64,000 nt of DNA, taken from assembly GCA_030538675.1 (NCBI GenBank), contig JAUNTM010000002.1, forward strand, positions 4,824-68,823, read 5' to 3'. Made by a program: the position numbers and the translations under genes. This document shows, in pieces, positions 1-10,314 of the stretch; the stretch's first letter is position 1; every line of letters begins with the position of its first letter. The notes beneath the pieces are model-generated. The model searched no databases. It was given only the letters and a program-made list of their open reading frames with translations, and had not been told where the DNA came from. The stretch comes from Capnocytophaga sp. (GTDB lineage: Bacteria > Bacteroidota > Bacteroidia > Flavobacteriales > Flavobacteriaceae).

Positions 1-251
1 AATCCGTAGCCGGGATGTATGGCATCGGCGTTGGTAATTTCCGCAGCAGCGATGATATTCGGAATTTTCAAGTACGAATCCTTGCTTGGCGGTGGTCCGA
101 TGCACACGGCTTCGTCGGCAAACCGCACGTGCAGACTTTCCGCATCGGCTGTGGAATACACCGCGACCGACTTGATGCCCATTTCGCGGCAGGTACGGAT
201 AATCCGAAGTGCAATCTCGCCACGATTGGCTATTAATATTTTCTTAAACAT
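1..251 (-). CDS. accC: Acetyl-CoA carboxylase biotin carboxylase subunit (5' part, runs off window start)
   Basis: Manual minus-strand translation from ATG at 251: [36 protein letters not shown]...AIHPGYG. Follows accB. Confidence 0.97.
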   Translation of the reverse strand, partial: MFKKILIANRGEIALRIIRTCREMGIKSVAVYSTADAESLHVRFADEAVCIGPPPSKDSYLKIPNIIAAAEITNADAIHPGYG

Positions 252-350
252 ATTTTCTTACATTAAATAAACAATCCCTGCCAAAAACGGATTTCTTGCT
301 TTTGCAGTTTTTATTTTTCTATTTTAGAAGAATTTCTTCTGAAATACACC

Positions 351-845
351 TTATGACGGGTCAACCAAGAATAACGGTTGGTCAAACTCTACCGGCGATG
401 AATCGTCCACCAGAATTTTAACGATTTTGCCCGAAACTTCCGATTCGATTTCGTTGAAAAGTTTCATCGCTTCAATGATGCACAGCACGCTTCCTTTGCT
501 GATGGTCGAGCCGACTTCGACAAATAATGGTTTGTCGGGGGCTGGCTTGCGGTAGAACGTACCAATCATCGGCGACTTGATGGTGATGTATTTGCTGTCG
601 GCTTCGGGCGCTGCGGATTGTACTGCCGGTGCCGCTTCCGCAGAAAACGAAGGCGCTTGCTGTACCGCAGGGTATTGGGCAATCTGTTGAGGAACAGAAA
701 GTTGCTGAACGTAGACTTGCTCGCGGTTTTGTTCGTCAAGGCTGGTTTTGATAGTAATCTTGATGTCTTCCATTTCGAGTTTTACCTCGCTCGCCCCTGA
801 TTTTGCTACAAATTTAATCAGATTTTGAATGTCTTTTAAATCCAT
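351..845 (-). CDS. accB: Biotin carboxyl carrier protein
   Basis: [10 protein letters not shown] biotinylation motif and Ala/Pro linker. Confidence 0.97.
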   Translation of the reverse strand: MDLKDIQNLIKFVAKSGASEVKLEMEDIKITIKTSLDEQNREQVYVQQLSVPQQIAQYPAVQQAPSFSAEAAPAVQSAAPEADSKYITIKSPMIGTFYRKPAPDKPLFVEVGSTISKGSVLCIIEAMKLFNEIESEVSGKIVKILVDDSSPVEFDQPLFLVDPS

Positions 846-883
846 ATAGTATAGTGTTTTAGTAGATTTTTAACAAATAATTT

Positions 884-1873
884 TTAATATGCCCATTTCA
901 GATAGATGGAACCCCAGGTAAATCCACCACCGAAAGCAGCGAAAATGATGTTGTCGCCTTTCTTCAACTGCGATTGATAATCCACGAGTGCCAGCGGAAT
1001 GGTCGCCGAAGTGGTGTTGCCGTACTTGTGAATATTGACCATCACTTTGCTTTCATCGAGTCCCATGCGGTGTCCTGTAGCATCAATGATACGTTTGTTC
1101 GCTTGATGCGGTACGAGCCAACTCACATCGTCTTTTGTGAGATTGTTGCGTTGCATAATTTCGGCGGAAACATCGGCCATCCCGGATACGGCGTATTTGA
1201 ATACGGTTTTTCCGTCTTGGAAAACAAAATTTTTGCGGTCTTTGAGCAATTCTTCCGTCATCGGATACATGGAACCGCCTGCCTGAATGTAAAGGTGATT
1301 CCGCCCGACACCGTCGCTTCGGAGGATTTCGTCTTGCACGCCAAGTCCTTCATAATTAGGCTCGAAGAGTGCCGCACCGCCGCCGTCGCCGAAGATGATG
1401 CACGTGGCACGGTCGGTATAGTCGATGATGGACGACATTTTGTCTGCCCCTACGAGCAGTACTTTTTTGTAACGCCCCGATTCGATGTATTTTGCTGCGG
1501 CAGAAATCCCGAAAAGGAAACTCGAACACGCTCCTTGCAAGTCGAACGAAAAGGCATTGACCGCCCCGATTTGGCTCGCTACATAAGGGCCGGTAAGGGC
1601 TACGGGCATATCGGGCGTAGCCGTTGCCAATATCACCAAATCAATTTCTTTGGGGTCAAGCCCTTTTTTGTCAATCAAATCTTGTGCAGCTTTAATCCCC
1701 AAGAAAGAAGAGCCTAAGCCTTCGCCTTTGAGAATGCGGCGTTCTTTGATGCCCGTACGCGACTGAATCCATTCATCGTTCGTTTCGACCATCGTTTCGA
1801 GAATGGCGTTGGTCAGTACATAATCAGGCACATATCCGCCAATAGCCGTAATAGCGGCAGTAATTTTTGTCAT
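884..1873 (-). CDS. fabH: 3-oxoacyl-ACP synthase III
   Basis: GACSS catalytic Cys, PHQAN and YGNT motifs. Confidence 0.97.
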   Translation of the reverse strand: MTKITAAITAIGGYVPDYVLTNAILETMVETNDEWIQSRTGIKERRILKGEGLGSSFLGIKAAQDLIDKKGLDPKEIDLVILATATPDMPVALTGPYVASQIGAVNAFSFDLQGACSSFLFGISAAAKYIESGRYKKVLLVGADKMSSIIDYTDRATCIIFGDGGGAALFEPNYEGLGVQDEILRSDGVGRNHLYIQAGGSMYPMTEELLKDRKNFVFQDGKTVFKYAVSGMADVSAEIMQRNNLTKDDVSWLVPHQANKRIIDATGHRMGLDESKVMVNIHKYGNTTSATIPLALVDYQSQLKKGDNIIFAAFGGGFTWGSIYLKWAY

Positions 1874-1926
1874 ATTCTGATGATTAATTTTGCCCCGATT
1901 TTATTCAAAAGGGACGTAATTCTATG

Positions 1927-1934
1927 CAAAAGTA
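1927..1934 (-). promoter_or_regulatory. Bacteroidetes -7 promoter element (TACTTTTG) for fabH-accB-accC
   Basis: Matches TAnnTTTG about 55 nt upstream of fabH. Confidence 0.65.
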
Positions 1935-2001
1935 AGGAATTATTGCTCATATTTGACAAAAACTCTTTTTTTCGCTGAAAATTTTTGTCGGATATGAAGT
2001 T

Positions 2002-2080
2002 TTATGGCGCTGAATGAGACTTGAATTTCAGTTTTGCCCAACACGGCAGTCGGAAATGGTTTCGCAGTGGTTTATGAGGT
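2002..2080 (-). pseudogene. Degenerate duplicate of the 3' end of the EEP-family gene
   Basis: 2021-2048 matches 2900-2927 at 27/28. Reads ...ISD/PCWAKLKFKSHSAP* versus ...ISDHLPCWAKLKFKPRR*, with a 4-nt deletion. Confidence 0.8.
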
Positions 2081-2084
2081 TTTT

Positions 2085-2783
2085 TTATTCCTTGTAAGTA
2101 AGTATTCCTTCTATTTTTTGCCAATATTTATGAAAATCTGTTTTGGCTTTATCCGTATAAAAAACATAGATTTGAGCATATCCGTGCCCTTTCTTTTGGA
2201 TGTAAAGGGCATCAACATATTTGAAATGCTTTTTGTAAAAATCTTTTTCCCGCAACGGAATGTGAAAGCGGATTACGCTGTCTGCCTTGAAATGTTCTTT
2301 CGCTTCGGTTTCGGGATAGTAGGTTACGTGCTTTTTCCAATTTCCGGCGGTTTCTTTTCCTAAATATTCTAAAGCTCCTTTCAGTTGTGGGATATGCTGC
2401 CTGTCCACCAGACTTGGTTCATCGGTAGGAAATATGCCCCTCACTCTATCTTCAAATTCAGAAGTGTAAATGCTGTAAACGGAGATTGATATAATGACAT
2501 TTTCATCATTGGAAATCAGCGAATTGGCTAAACTGCTAAAAACCTTTTTGAGTTCCGGATACCCTTTAAAAAAAGTATCTTGATACGGCTTAAAACCTTC
2601 AGGACGCACATATACCATTTTCTTGTCAAAAGCCAGTGTATTCGATGAAGATTTGGAAAAATCCGTATAAACGTGAGGTAACGTATCCGTAGTATCATCT
2701 ACCACAAAAATCCGTAATTTGCTACCGCAACTGCTTAAAAAAGAAGCTAAGCATAAACCGAAATAAATCAGAAATCGTTTCAT
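2085..2783 (-). CDS. Hypothetical lipoprotein
   Basis: 232-aa ORF with SPII-like signal MKRFLIYFGLCLASFLSS-C and its own TATATTTG element at 2810-2817. Confidence 0.75.
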   Translation of the reverse strand: MKRFLIYFGLCLASFLSSCGSKLRIFVVDDTTDTLPHVYTDFSKSSSNTLAFDKKMVYVRPEGFKPYQDTFFKGYPELKKVFSSLANSLISNDENVIISISVYSIYTSEFEDRVRGIFPTDEPSLVDRQHIPQLKGALEYLGKETAGNWKKHVTYYPETEAKEHFKADSVIRFHIPLREKDFYKKHFKYVDALYIQKKGHGYAQIYVFYTDKAKTDFHKYWQKIEGILTYKE

Positions 2784-2886
2784 GAAAAATTAATTGTTAC
2801 TATATAGCACAAATATACTTAGTGAAAATATTGTTAACAATAATAAAAATCAGTTTCTATCAAATATAGCCAAAATACGCCTCCCG

Positions 2887-3882
2887 CTATCTCCTCGGTT
2901 TGAATTTCAATTTTGCCCAACACGGCAAGTGGTCGGAGATAGCACCGTAATTTTTCAAAATTGCCGCATCAATTAAGTCAAAATCTTTTTTGCTGTAAAT
3001 GATGTAATCAAGGCGTTCTTCGGGGGCATCGCTCGGATAGGTTTTGTCGGCTTGGGTGGGCGTTTGCGGGTTGATGGCGGCGTGTCCCATTGTCGGGTCG
3101 TCCAAAAACGCTGTAATGGCAGCATCGGGATAGGCGGGGTCGCTGTTGAAATCGCCGATGAGGATAACGGGCAATTCACGGTTTTTTTCTTCAAAAAGCT
3201 GATTCACAAACGCTAACTGCCGTCTCCGGGTGGGTGCATCAAAGGCTTCGACGTGGATGTTAATAAGATAAAAATCCTGTACGGGATGTTCGATTTTTAC
3301 CACTTGGGCGATGCGTTCCAGATAAAATGCCTTGTAAAAAATATCTTCATCGGCAACACGCTCTAATACGATATGGTCATTTTCCAAAATTGGGAATTTG
3401 CTCACAACGGATTGTCCTGAAAGCATTTTTCCGAAGTGAACCGAAACCGGAAATGTCGGGAATGGCACGTAATTTTTATCCCAATTGACGGCAATTGCCG
3501 ACGAAGGATAACCGCTTTGGGCAATCATCTGATGCTGGTTTACGTTATACGAACGATTGCTCCCGAAGTCAATCTCCTGAAAACCAATAATATCGGGATT
3601 GGTTTCGGCGATTAGTTGGACGGCAAGCTGTTCGTTTTTGCGGTAGAAATCTCGGGACGTTTTCACGGCGAGATTGTTATTCATTCCCGAAAGGTAGCCG
3701 ATGTTATACGTCATTACGGTGAGGGTGCTGTCGGTAACGGCAGGCAATTTTTGGGAAGTGTTTTCCACGACGGCGTATTGGTTTTCGGCAAGTGTCGGGG
3801 TTTTCGCCCAAAAGAAAAATACAAAAAATGCCACCGCCAATATGGCAACCAAAATACTTGTAAAACGAATTATTTTTTTCAT
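2887..3882 (-). CDS. Endonuclease/exonuclease/phosphatase (EEP) family protein with N-terminal anchor
   Basis: TYNIG, QE, GDFN, LDYI and SDH motifs. Start moved to MKKIIRF (3882) because a TATTTTTG element lies at 3904-3911. Confidence 0.9.
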   Translation of the reverse strand: MKKIIRFTSILVAILAVAFFVFFFWAKTPTLAENQYAVVENTSQKLPAVTDSTLTVMTYNIGYLSGMNNNLAVKTSRDFYRKNEQLAVQLIAETNPDIIGFQEIDFGSNRSYNVNQHQMIAQSGYPSSAIAVNWDKNYVPFPTFPVSVHFGKMLSGQSVVSKFPILENDHIVLERVADEDIFYKAFYLERIAQVVKIEHPVQDFYLINIHVEAFDAPTRRRQLAFVNQLFEEKNRELPVILIGDFNSDPAYPDAAITAFLDDPTMGHAAINPQTPTQADKTYPSDAPEERLDYIIYSKKDFDLIDAAILKNYGAISDHLPCWAKLKFKPRR

Positions 3883-3967
3883 AAAATGATATTTAAATAT
3901 CTGCAAAAATAATCATTATAACGAAACGATTTGCACAAAAAGGAGAATGATAACCATTTGTTAATTA

Positions 3968-4175
3968 ACGTGAGTTCGATGTAACAAGTTATTGATTATT
4001 AGTATCTTATTTTCGTGGGAAGAGGGTGTCCGAAAAGATTATTTTTGAACAAAGTTGGGTTTTTAAATTGCTGAAAACAAGCGTTTTATATTTTAAAAAA
4101 TCACTAAAATCAGACTTTTCGGACACCCTCAATTAAGGCGTTGATTTACAATGTTTTATTATATCGAACTCACGT
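3968..4175. mobile_element. MITE with ACGTGAGTTCGAT termini (IS982-like ends), flanked by TAATTA direct repeats
   Basis: Left end ACGTGAGTTCGATGTAA, right end TTATATCGAACTCACGT, TAATTA at 3962-3967 and 4176-4181, no transposase ORF. Family assignment is by recalled similarity only. Confidence 0.75.
4022..4130. mobile_element. Inner 109-bp MITE with perfect 16-bp TIRs (IS1182-like ends)
   Basis: GAGGGTGTCCGAAAAG (4022-4037) and CTTTTCGGACACCCTC (4115-4130). Confidence 0.75.
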
Positions 4176-4319
4176 TAATTAACGTGATCTTGATGAAAAC
4201 GAAATGGTGTAAATCGATGAATTTTCTGGCAAACATACGGGTTCCCATTTCGTTTTAACATTTTCATCTTGGCAAATCGGATATTTTGTAGTATCTTGCC
4301 CAGCTTTTTATTTTTTGGT

Positions 4320-4811
4320 ATGAGAGTTTTTATATACATCATAACTATTATAAGTCTATCGAGTTGCAAATATTACAACTTTACGGGCGGAAGTACAGGC
4401 AGTGCTACATCGTTTCAGGTGAATTTTTTCCGTAATGACGCACCACTTGTAGAGCCGGGCTTGGATAGAGATTTTACGTTGGCGTTGCAGGATTTGATTA
4501 ACAATCAAACCAATCTTTCCCTGACCGACCGCAACGGCGACCTTGTGTACGAAGGCGAAATTGTAGATTACACCATCACCCCGATGACCGCCACTGCCCA
4601 GCAAACTGCTGCCCAAAACCGCCTGACTATCGCTGTCAACGTGCGTTTTACCAATAATACCGAAGAAAATAAAGATTTCGAACGGCGCTTTTCGTTTTAC
4701 TACGATTATCCCGGAGCGGCACAGCTGAGCGCTGTCAAAGATGCGGCACATGCCGAAATATTTGAACGCATCACACAAGATATTTTTAACGCTTCATTGG
4801 CAGATTGGTAG
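4320..4811 (+). CDS. lptE: LptE-family LPS assembly lipoprotein
   Basis: Lipobox LSSC followed by YNFTGG, ends in the Bacteroidetes LptE-like DIFNASLADW, lies upstream of secG. Likely start MRVFIY at 4320. Confidence 0.8.
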   Translation: MRVFIYIITIISLSSCKYYNFTGGSTGSATSFQVNFFRNDAPLVEPGLDRDFTLALQDLINNQTNLSLTDRNGDLVYEGEIVDYTITPMTATAQQTAAQNRLTIAVNVRFTNNTEENKDFERRFSFYYDYPGAAQLSAVKDAAHAEIFERITQDIFNASLADW

Positions 4812-4812
4812 C

Positions 4813-5688
4813 ATGACACTCGACGAATTTGCTAAAATATTACACAAACCAAGCGAGATTACTGCCTCGCAAACACATGAGTTGGACAACATCGTGGAGG
4901 AATTCCCGTACTTCCAAGCGGCACGCGTACTACAACTCAAAGTAATGCACAACCAAGGAAATTACCGCTACAACAAAGCCCTGAAAAAAGCTGCCGTACA
5001 TGTAGCCGACCGCTCCGTATTGTACGATTTTATTCATGAAGTCCCTCAGAAAAATCATCATTCGGAAATCGTAAAAACAGCTGTAAAAAAAGCAGAAAAA
5101 ACCATTGCTGCACCGCTGTCCGGGCTTGCCGAAGTGATTCATCCTACGCCGATATCCGCGGCACCTGTACAACCCGAATTACCGCCAAAGCTCTACAAAA
5201 GAGCTACGTATTACGACGAACCCAACGGAGGAAGTGAAGCCCCAACACCATTTGGGCTATCCGAACGAAACGAAATCTCTGAAAAAAGAACTGCCGAAGC
5301 CCAACAAACCGACAGCCTGTATTCATTTACGCAATGGCTGAAAAATATTTCGGCAAATACGGCTACAACATTTTCTTCAGAAGAAAAAAAAGAAGCCACT
5401 TCCGAAAAATTCAAACTCATCGACCGCTTTTTGGAAACCAATCCCAAAATAGAAACCAAAAGCATTGAACAAATCAATTTTGACACGCCCAATGTCAATC
5501 TCGCCGAAAAATCAACCGCGGCACCACAACAGTTAATGACCGAAACACTTGCCCAAATATACGCCAAACAAAAGAAATATAAACTCGCCATACAGGCTTA
5601 TGAAATATTAATTTTGAAAAATCCAGAAAAAAGTGGTTACTTTGCAGACCAAATAAATAACATAAAAAATTTACAACAAAATAATTAA
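4813..5688 (+). CDS. Conserved hypothetical TPR-like protein
   Basis: EEFPYFQAAR N-terminal block and MTETLAQIY..Q..Y..AI..Y..L..KNPEKS.YFADQI C-terminal block. Likely start 4813. Confidence 0.75.
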   Translation: MTLDEFAKILHKPSEITASQTHELDNIVEEFPYFQAARVLQLKVMHNQGNYRYNKALKKAAVHVADRSVLYDFIHEVPQKNHHSEIVKTAVKKAEKTIAAPLSGLAEVIHPTPISAAPVQPELPPKLYKRATYYDEPNGGSEAPTPFGLSERNEISEKRTAEAQQTDSLYSFTQWLKNISANTATTFSSEEKKEATSEKFKLIDRFLETNPKIETKSIEQINFDTPNVNLAEKSTAAPQQLMTETLAQIYAKQKKYKLAIQAYEILILKNPEKSGYFADQINNIKNLQQNN

Positions 5689-5694
5689 TAAAAA

Positions 5695-6045
5695 ATGACA
5701 GCATTCAACATCTTTTTAGTACTTATATTAGTCGTTTGCGTTCTATTGATGGTAGTCGTATTGGCTCAAAATCCCAAAGGAGGCGGACTTTCATCGGCTT
5801 TTGGCGGAAATACTCAAGTAGTGGGGGGCGTAAAGAAGACGGGTGACTTCCTTGACAATAGTACATGGACTTTCGCTACCTTGCTTATTGTGCTCATTCT
5901 TGTAGCCAATACATTGCTTATGGGGCAATCTGTAACTTCTTCAGACTCCAAACTATTGGAAGGCATTAATACTTCGGCACCGCTACCAACCACTGCCAAT
6001 CCGTTGACAACGCCACCAAGTACTGCAACGCCAACAGAAAACTAA
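5695..6045 (+). CDS. secG: Preprotein translocase subunit SecG
   Basis: QNPKGGGLSSAFGG between two TM segments. Confidence 0.92.
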   Translation: MTAFNIFLVLILVVCVLLMVVVLAQNPKGGGLSSAFGGNTQVVGGVKKTGDFLDNSTWTFATLLIVLILVANTLLMGQSVTSSDSKLLEGINTSAPLPTTANPLTTPPSTATPTEN

Positions 6046-6093
6046 ATTATCCGCTGATAAACGGAAGGCTTTACGCAGGGTTGTAAAAATACG

Positions 6094-6131
6094 AAACGCC
6101 AATTGTAGGACTGACAAATTGGCGTTTTTTT
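6094..6131 (+). terminator. Intrinsic terminator after secG
   Basis: AAACGCCAATT...AATTGGCGTTT stem plus T run. Confidence 0.7.
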
Positions 6132-6233
6132 ATTTACAAAATGTCAGTTTTTTTGTCTTGGCACACTTTCTGACTACCATAAAAAAGATTTTATCAATCA
6201 TAAAAACAGAATAAAATTTAAACTTTTAAAAAT

Positions 6234-6512
6234 ATGTCAAAAATAACCATTAAGCCATTGGCTGACAGAGTTTTGATCGAGCCGGCTCCCGCTGAAACTA
6301 CAACCGCTTCAGGCATCATCATTCCTGATACCGCTAAAGAAAAGCCCCAACGTGGTATCGTGATTGCCGTAGGCCCCGGAACGAAAGACGAACCCACAAC
6401 CCTCAAAGTAGGCGATGTTGTCCTCTACGGAAAATACGCCGGAACAGAACTTAAACACGAAGGGAAAGATTATCTCATTATGCGCGAAAATGACGTGTTG
6501 GCAGTAATCTAA
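6234..6512 (+). CDS. groES: Co-chaperonin GroES
   Basis: [23 protein letters not shown]. Confidence 0.98.
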   Translation: MSKITIKPLADRVLIEPAPAETTTASGIIIPDTAKEKPQRGIVIAVGPGTKDEPTTLKVGDVVLYGKYAGTELKHEGKDYLIMRENDVLAVI

Positions 6513-6535
6513 AAAAATCAGATTTTTAAAAATAA

Positions 6536-8182
<1,647 letters not shown>

Positions 8183-8215
8183 GAGATTTCATCCATAATT
8201 TGATTTTTTTAATAG

Positions 8216-8244
8216 AAAAGACCGCTTGCAAAGGCGGTCTTTTT
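8216..8244. terminator. Bidirectional terminator between groEL and rpiB
   Basis: AAAAGACCGC...GCGGTCTTTT between convergent genes. Confidence 0.85.
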
Positions 8245-8259
8245 GCATTTGGCTTTTTG

Positions 8260-8697
8260 TCAGCGGCAGATTTTATCGACCCTGCTTTGGTGCCGTCCGC
8301 CTTCGAAAGGCGTTTCGACAAATGTTTTTACGATTTCTACGGCTTGTTCTATGGCGGTAAACCGTGCAGGAATGCTCACAATGTTAGCGTCATTGTGTTG
8401 GCGGGCGAGGGCAGCGATTTCTTTTGTCCAGCAAAGAGCGGCACGTATATTTTTATGTTTGTTGACCGTCATCGCGATACCGTTGCCGCTTCCGCAAATG
8501 ACAATTCCGAAATCTGCCTGTCCTGCTTCGACAGCTTCTGCGACAGGATGCCCAAAGTCAGGATAATCTACGCTATCAAACGTATCGGTACCGAAATTAA
8601 GGACTTTAATAGAAAGATTTTCTAAATATTGGACAATGGCTTTTTTGTATGACGGACCTGCATGGTCGTTGCCGATGGCGATAACTTTTGGTAACAT
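8260..8697 (-). CDS. rpiB: Ribose-5-phosphate isomerase B
   Basis: DHAG, VDYPD, CGSGNG, RQHNDAN, FEGGRH. Confidence 0.96.
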   Translation of the reverse strand: MLPKVIAIGNDHAGPSYKKAIVQYLENLSIKVLNFGTDTFDSVDYPDFGHPVAEAVEAGQADFGIVICGSGNGIAMTVNKHKNIRAALCWTKEIAALARQHNDANIVSIPARFTAIEQAVEIVKTFVETPFEGGRHQSRVDKICR

Positions 8698-8881
8698 AAA
8701 TTGGAATATTGTTTTTATGTCGGCTAAGATAAAAAAAAGACTAAGATAAGATGCGTTTGACGAAATTTTATTTTTGTTAAAATAGCGGATATGTATGAAT
8801 AAAATACATTAGACAAAGGTTAAGTATTTCGTCTATATTTATTTATAAAGGATAAAAAGTAAAACAAATCACAATAAAAAC

Positions 8882-8899
8882 GGGGGGGGGTAAAAAAAA
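8882..8899 (+). repeat. G9 homopolymer followed by T and A8, in an AT-rich promoter region
   Basis: GGGGGGGGG (8882-8890) then TAAAAAAAA. Confidence 0.9.
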
Positions 8900-8957
8900 T
8901 TAACTAAAAAAGTTAATAAAATAATTTCGTAATTTAGGTTTGTATTTCTTTTTTGTG

Positions 8958-8965
8958 TACCTTTG
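8958..8965 (+). promoter_or_regulatory. -7 element TACCTTTG for the WecA-like gene
   Basis: TAnnTTTG with a TTTG upstream at 8939-8942. Confidence 0.65.
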
Positions 8966-8992
8966 TGTCACAATTTAGCTGTTGAGACAATT

Positions 8993-10198
8993 ATGAATAT
9001 AACGGAATTTTTACAATCTTCGAATGTAATGGCTTTTTTAGTCTTCATTTTGTCATCGTTGGTAAGTTACTTAACCATCCCACGAGTGATTTCGGTTGTT
9101 AAAGCTAAAGGACTAATGGATGACCCCAACGAACGCAGTTCACATACGCAAAAAACACCAACTATGGGCGGGGTAGCATTCTATGTTAGTTTGATGATTT
9201 CATTATTTTTTATTCGTAAATTCGATGTCAACGGCACGAGTATTAACATCGTAGCAGGACTTACGATGTTGTTTTTTGTGGGTCTTAAAGATGATTTGGT
9301 TGGGGTCCGCCCGATGACTAAGATTTGGGGACAAATTATTGCTACGTTGATTTTATTTTTCAGTATCGGGATTGAAATACATTCTTTTGACAATTTTTTG
9401 TGGATTAACGAAATCCCCTTGTGGGTGTCGATACCCTTTGGATGTTTTTTGGTGTTATCAATAGTCAATGCGTATAATCTTATTGATGGGATTAATGGGT
9501 CGGCTTCCATGGTCGGGATTGTTATATTTGCTTGTTTTGGGTTTATTTTTTATAATGCAGACAAGCCGTATTACTTTCTGATGTCGGTGTTGTGCATAGG
9601 TTTTTTAACCTCTTTTTTAAGATATAACCTTTCTTCAAAAAAGAAAATATTCATGGGCGATACGGGCTCGATGATAGTGGGCTTTATGATAAGCGTACTG
9701 GGATTGCGTTTTTTGTCGTTATCACCAGCGGAGTTGGAGAGCGCATGGATACATCCGTCTAACAAAATATTAATACTGATAGCTATCATATTCGTTCCGT
9801 TTATCGATACTACGAGAGTCTTCCTGTCCCGCATCTTACGGCACGGCAAGCCTTTTAAGGCAGACCGCAGCCACGTACACCATGTGATGATTGACTATAT
9901 CAATTTGAGTCATGGCTGGGCGAGTGTCATCTTGGCATTGGTCAACATAATTATTTTTTCACTGATGATGTATGTCAACACGATGTTTACTTCGGGCTAT
10001 GTACTTGTTTTTCTGATATTGTTTTCAATCGCTACGGCAGTTATACTTTTTTATTTTAACAAAAGTTATACCGTAAGGAAAGACAAACAAAAGATACGAA
10101 AAGTTCTTAATGAGTTTACTTCTCAGCAAGACGAAAATAAAAGCAAGAAAAAGAAGAAACGAAAGCAGGCTAGCGGCGTAATCTATAGGAAAGTCTAA
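8993..10198 (+). CDS. WecA/MraY-family polyprenyl-phosphate sugar-1-phosphate transferase (glycosyl transferase family 4)
   Basis: TPTMGG, GLKDD, NAYNLIDGING, FMGDTGS, DRSHVHH and multiple TMs. Likely start MNITEF at 8993. Confidence 0.92.
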   Translation: MNITEFLQSSNVMAFLVFILSSLVSYLTIPRVISVVKAKGLMDDPNERSSHTQKTPTMGGVAFYVSLMISLFFIRKFDVNGTSINIVAGLTMLFFVGLKDDLVGVRPMTKIWGQIIATLILFFSIGIEIHSFDNFLWINEIPLWVSIPFGCFLVLSIVNAYNLIDGINGSASMVGIVIFACFGFIFYNADKPYYFLMSVLCIGFLTSFLRYNLSSKKKIFMGDTGSMIVGFMISVLGLRFLSLSPAELESAWIHPSNKILILIAIIFVPFIDTTRVFLSRILRHGKPFKADRSHVHHVMIDYINLSHGWASVILALVNIIIFSLMMYVNTMFTSGYVLVFLILFSIATAVILFYFNKSYTVRKDKQKIRKVLNEFTSQQDENKSKKKKKRKQASGVIYRKV

Positions 10199-10314
10199 TA
10201 AACAGTGATTTTGATAAAATTTGTTAGATGAGAGCAATTGCTGTTTTTCAGAAAGTTTTTTGACCAAATTACCGTCCAAAGTTTAAAAAAATCACTATTT
10301 TCGTCCAAAAAAAT

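Noticed and set aside
15-270. Two short plus-strand ORFs at the window start
   Set aside because: Antisense to the accC 5' end.
974-1717. 247-aa plus-strand ORF
   Set aside because: Antisense shadow of fabH with no recognisable motifs. The same applies to other long antisense ORFs, such as 10507-11280, 15096-15704, 28186-28824 and 61606-62310.
5823-5828. G6 run in secG (and a similar run near the atpG end)
   Set aside because: Too short for efficient slippage, in essential genes, and explained by Val-Gly-Gly codons.
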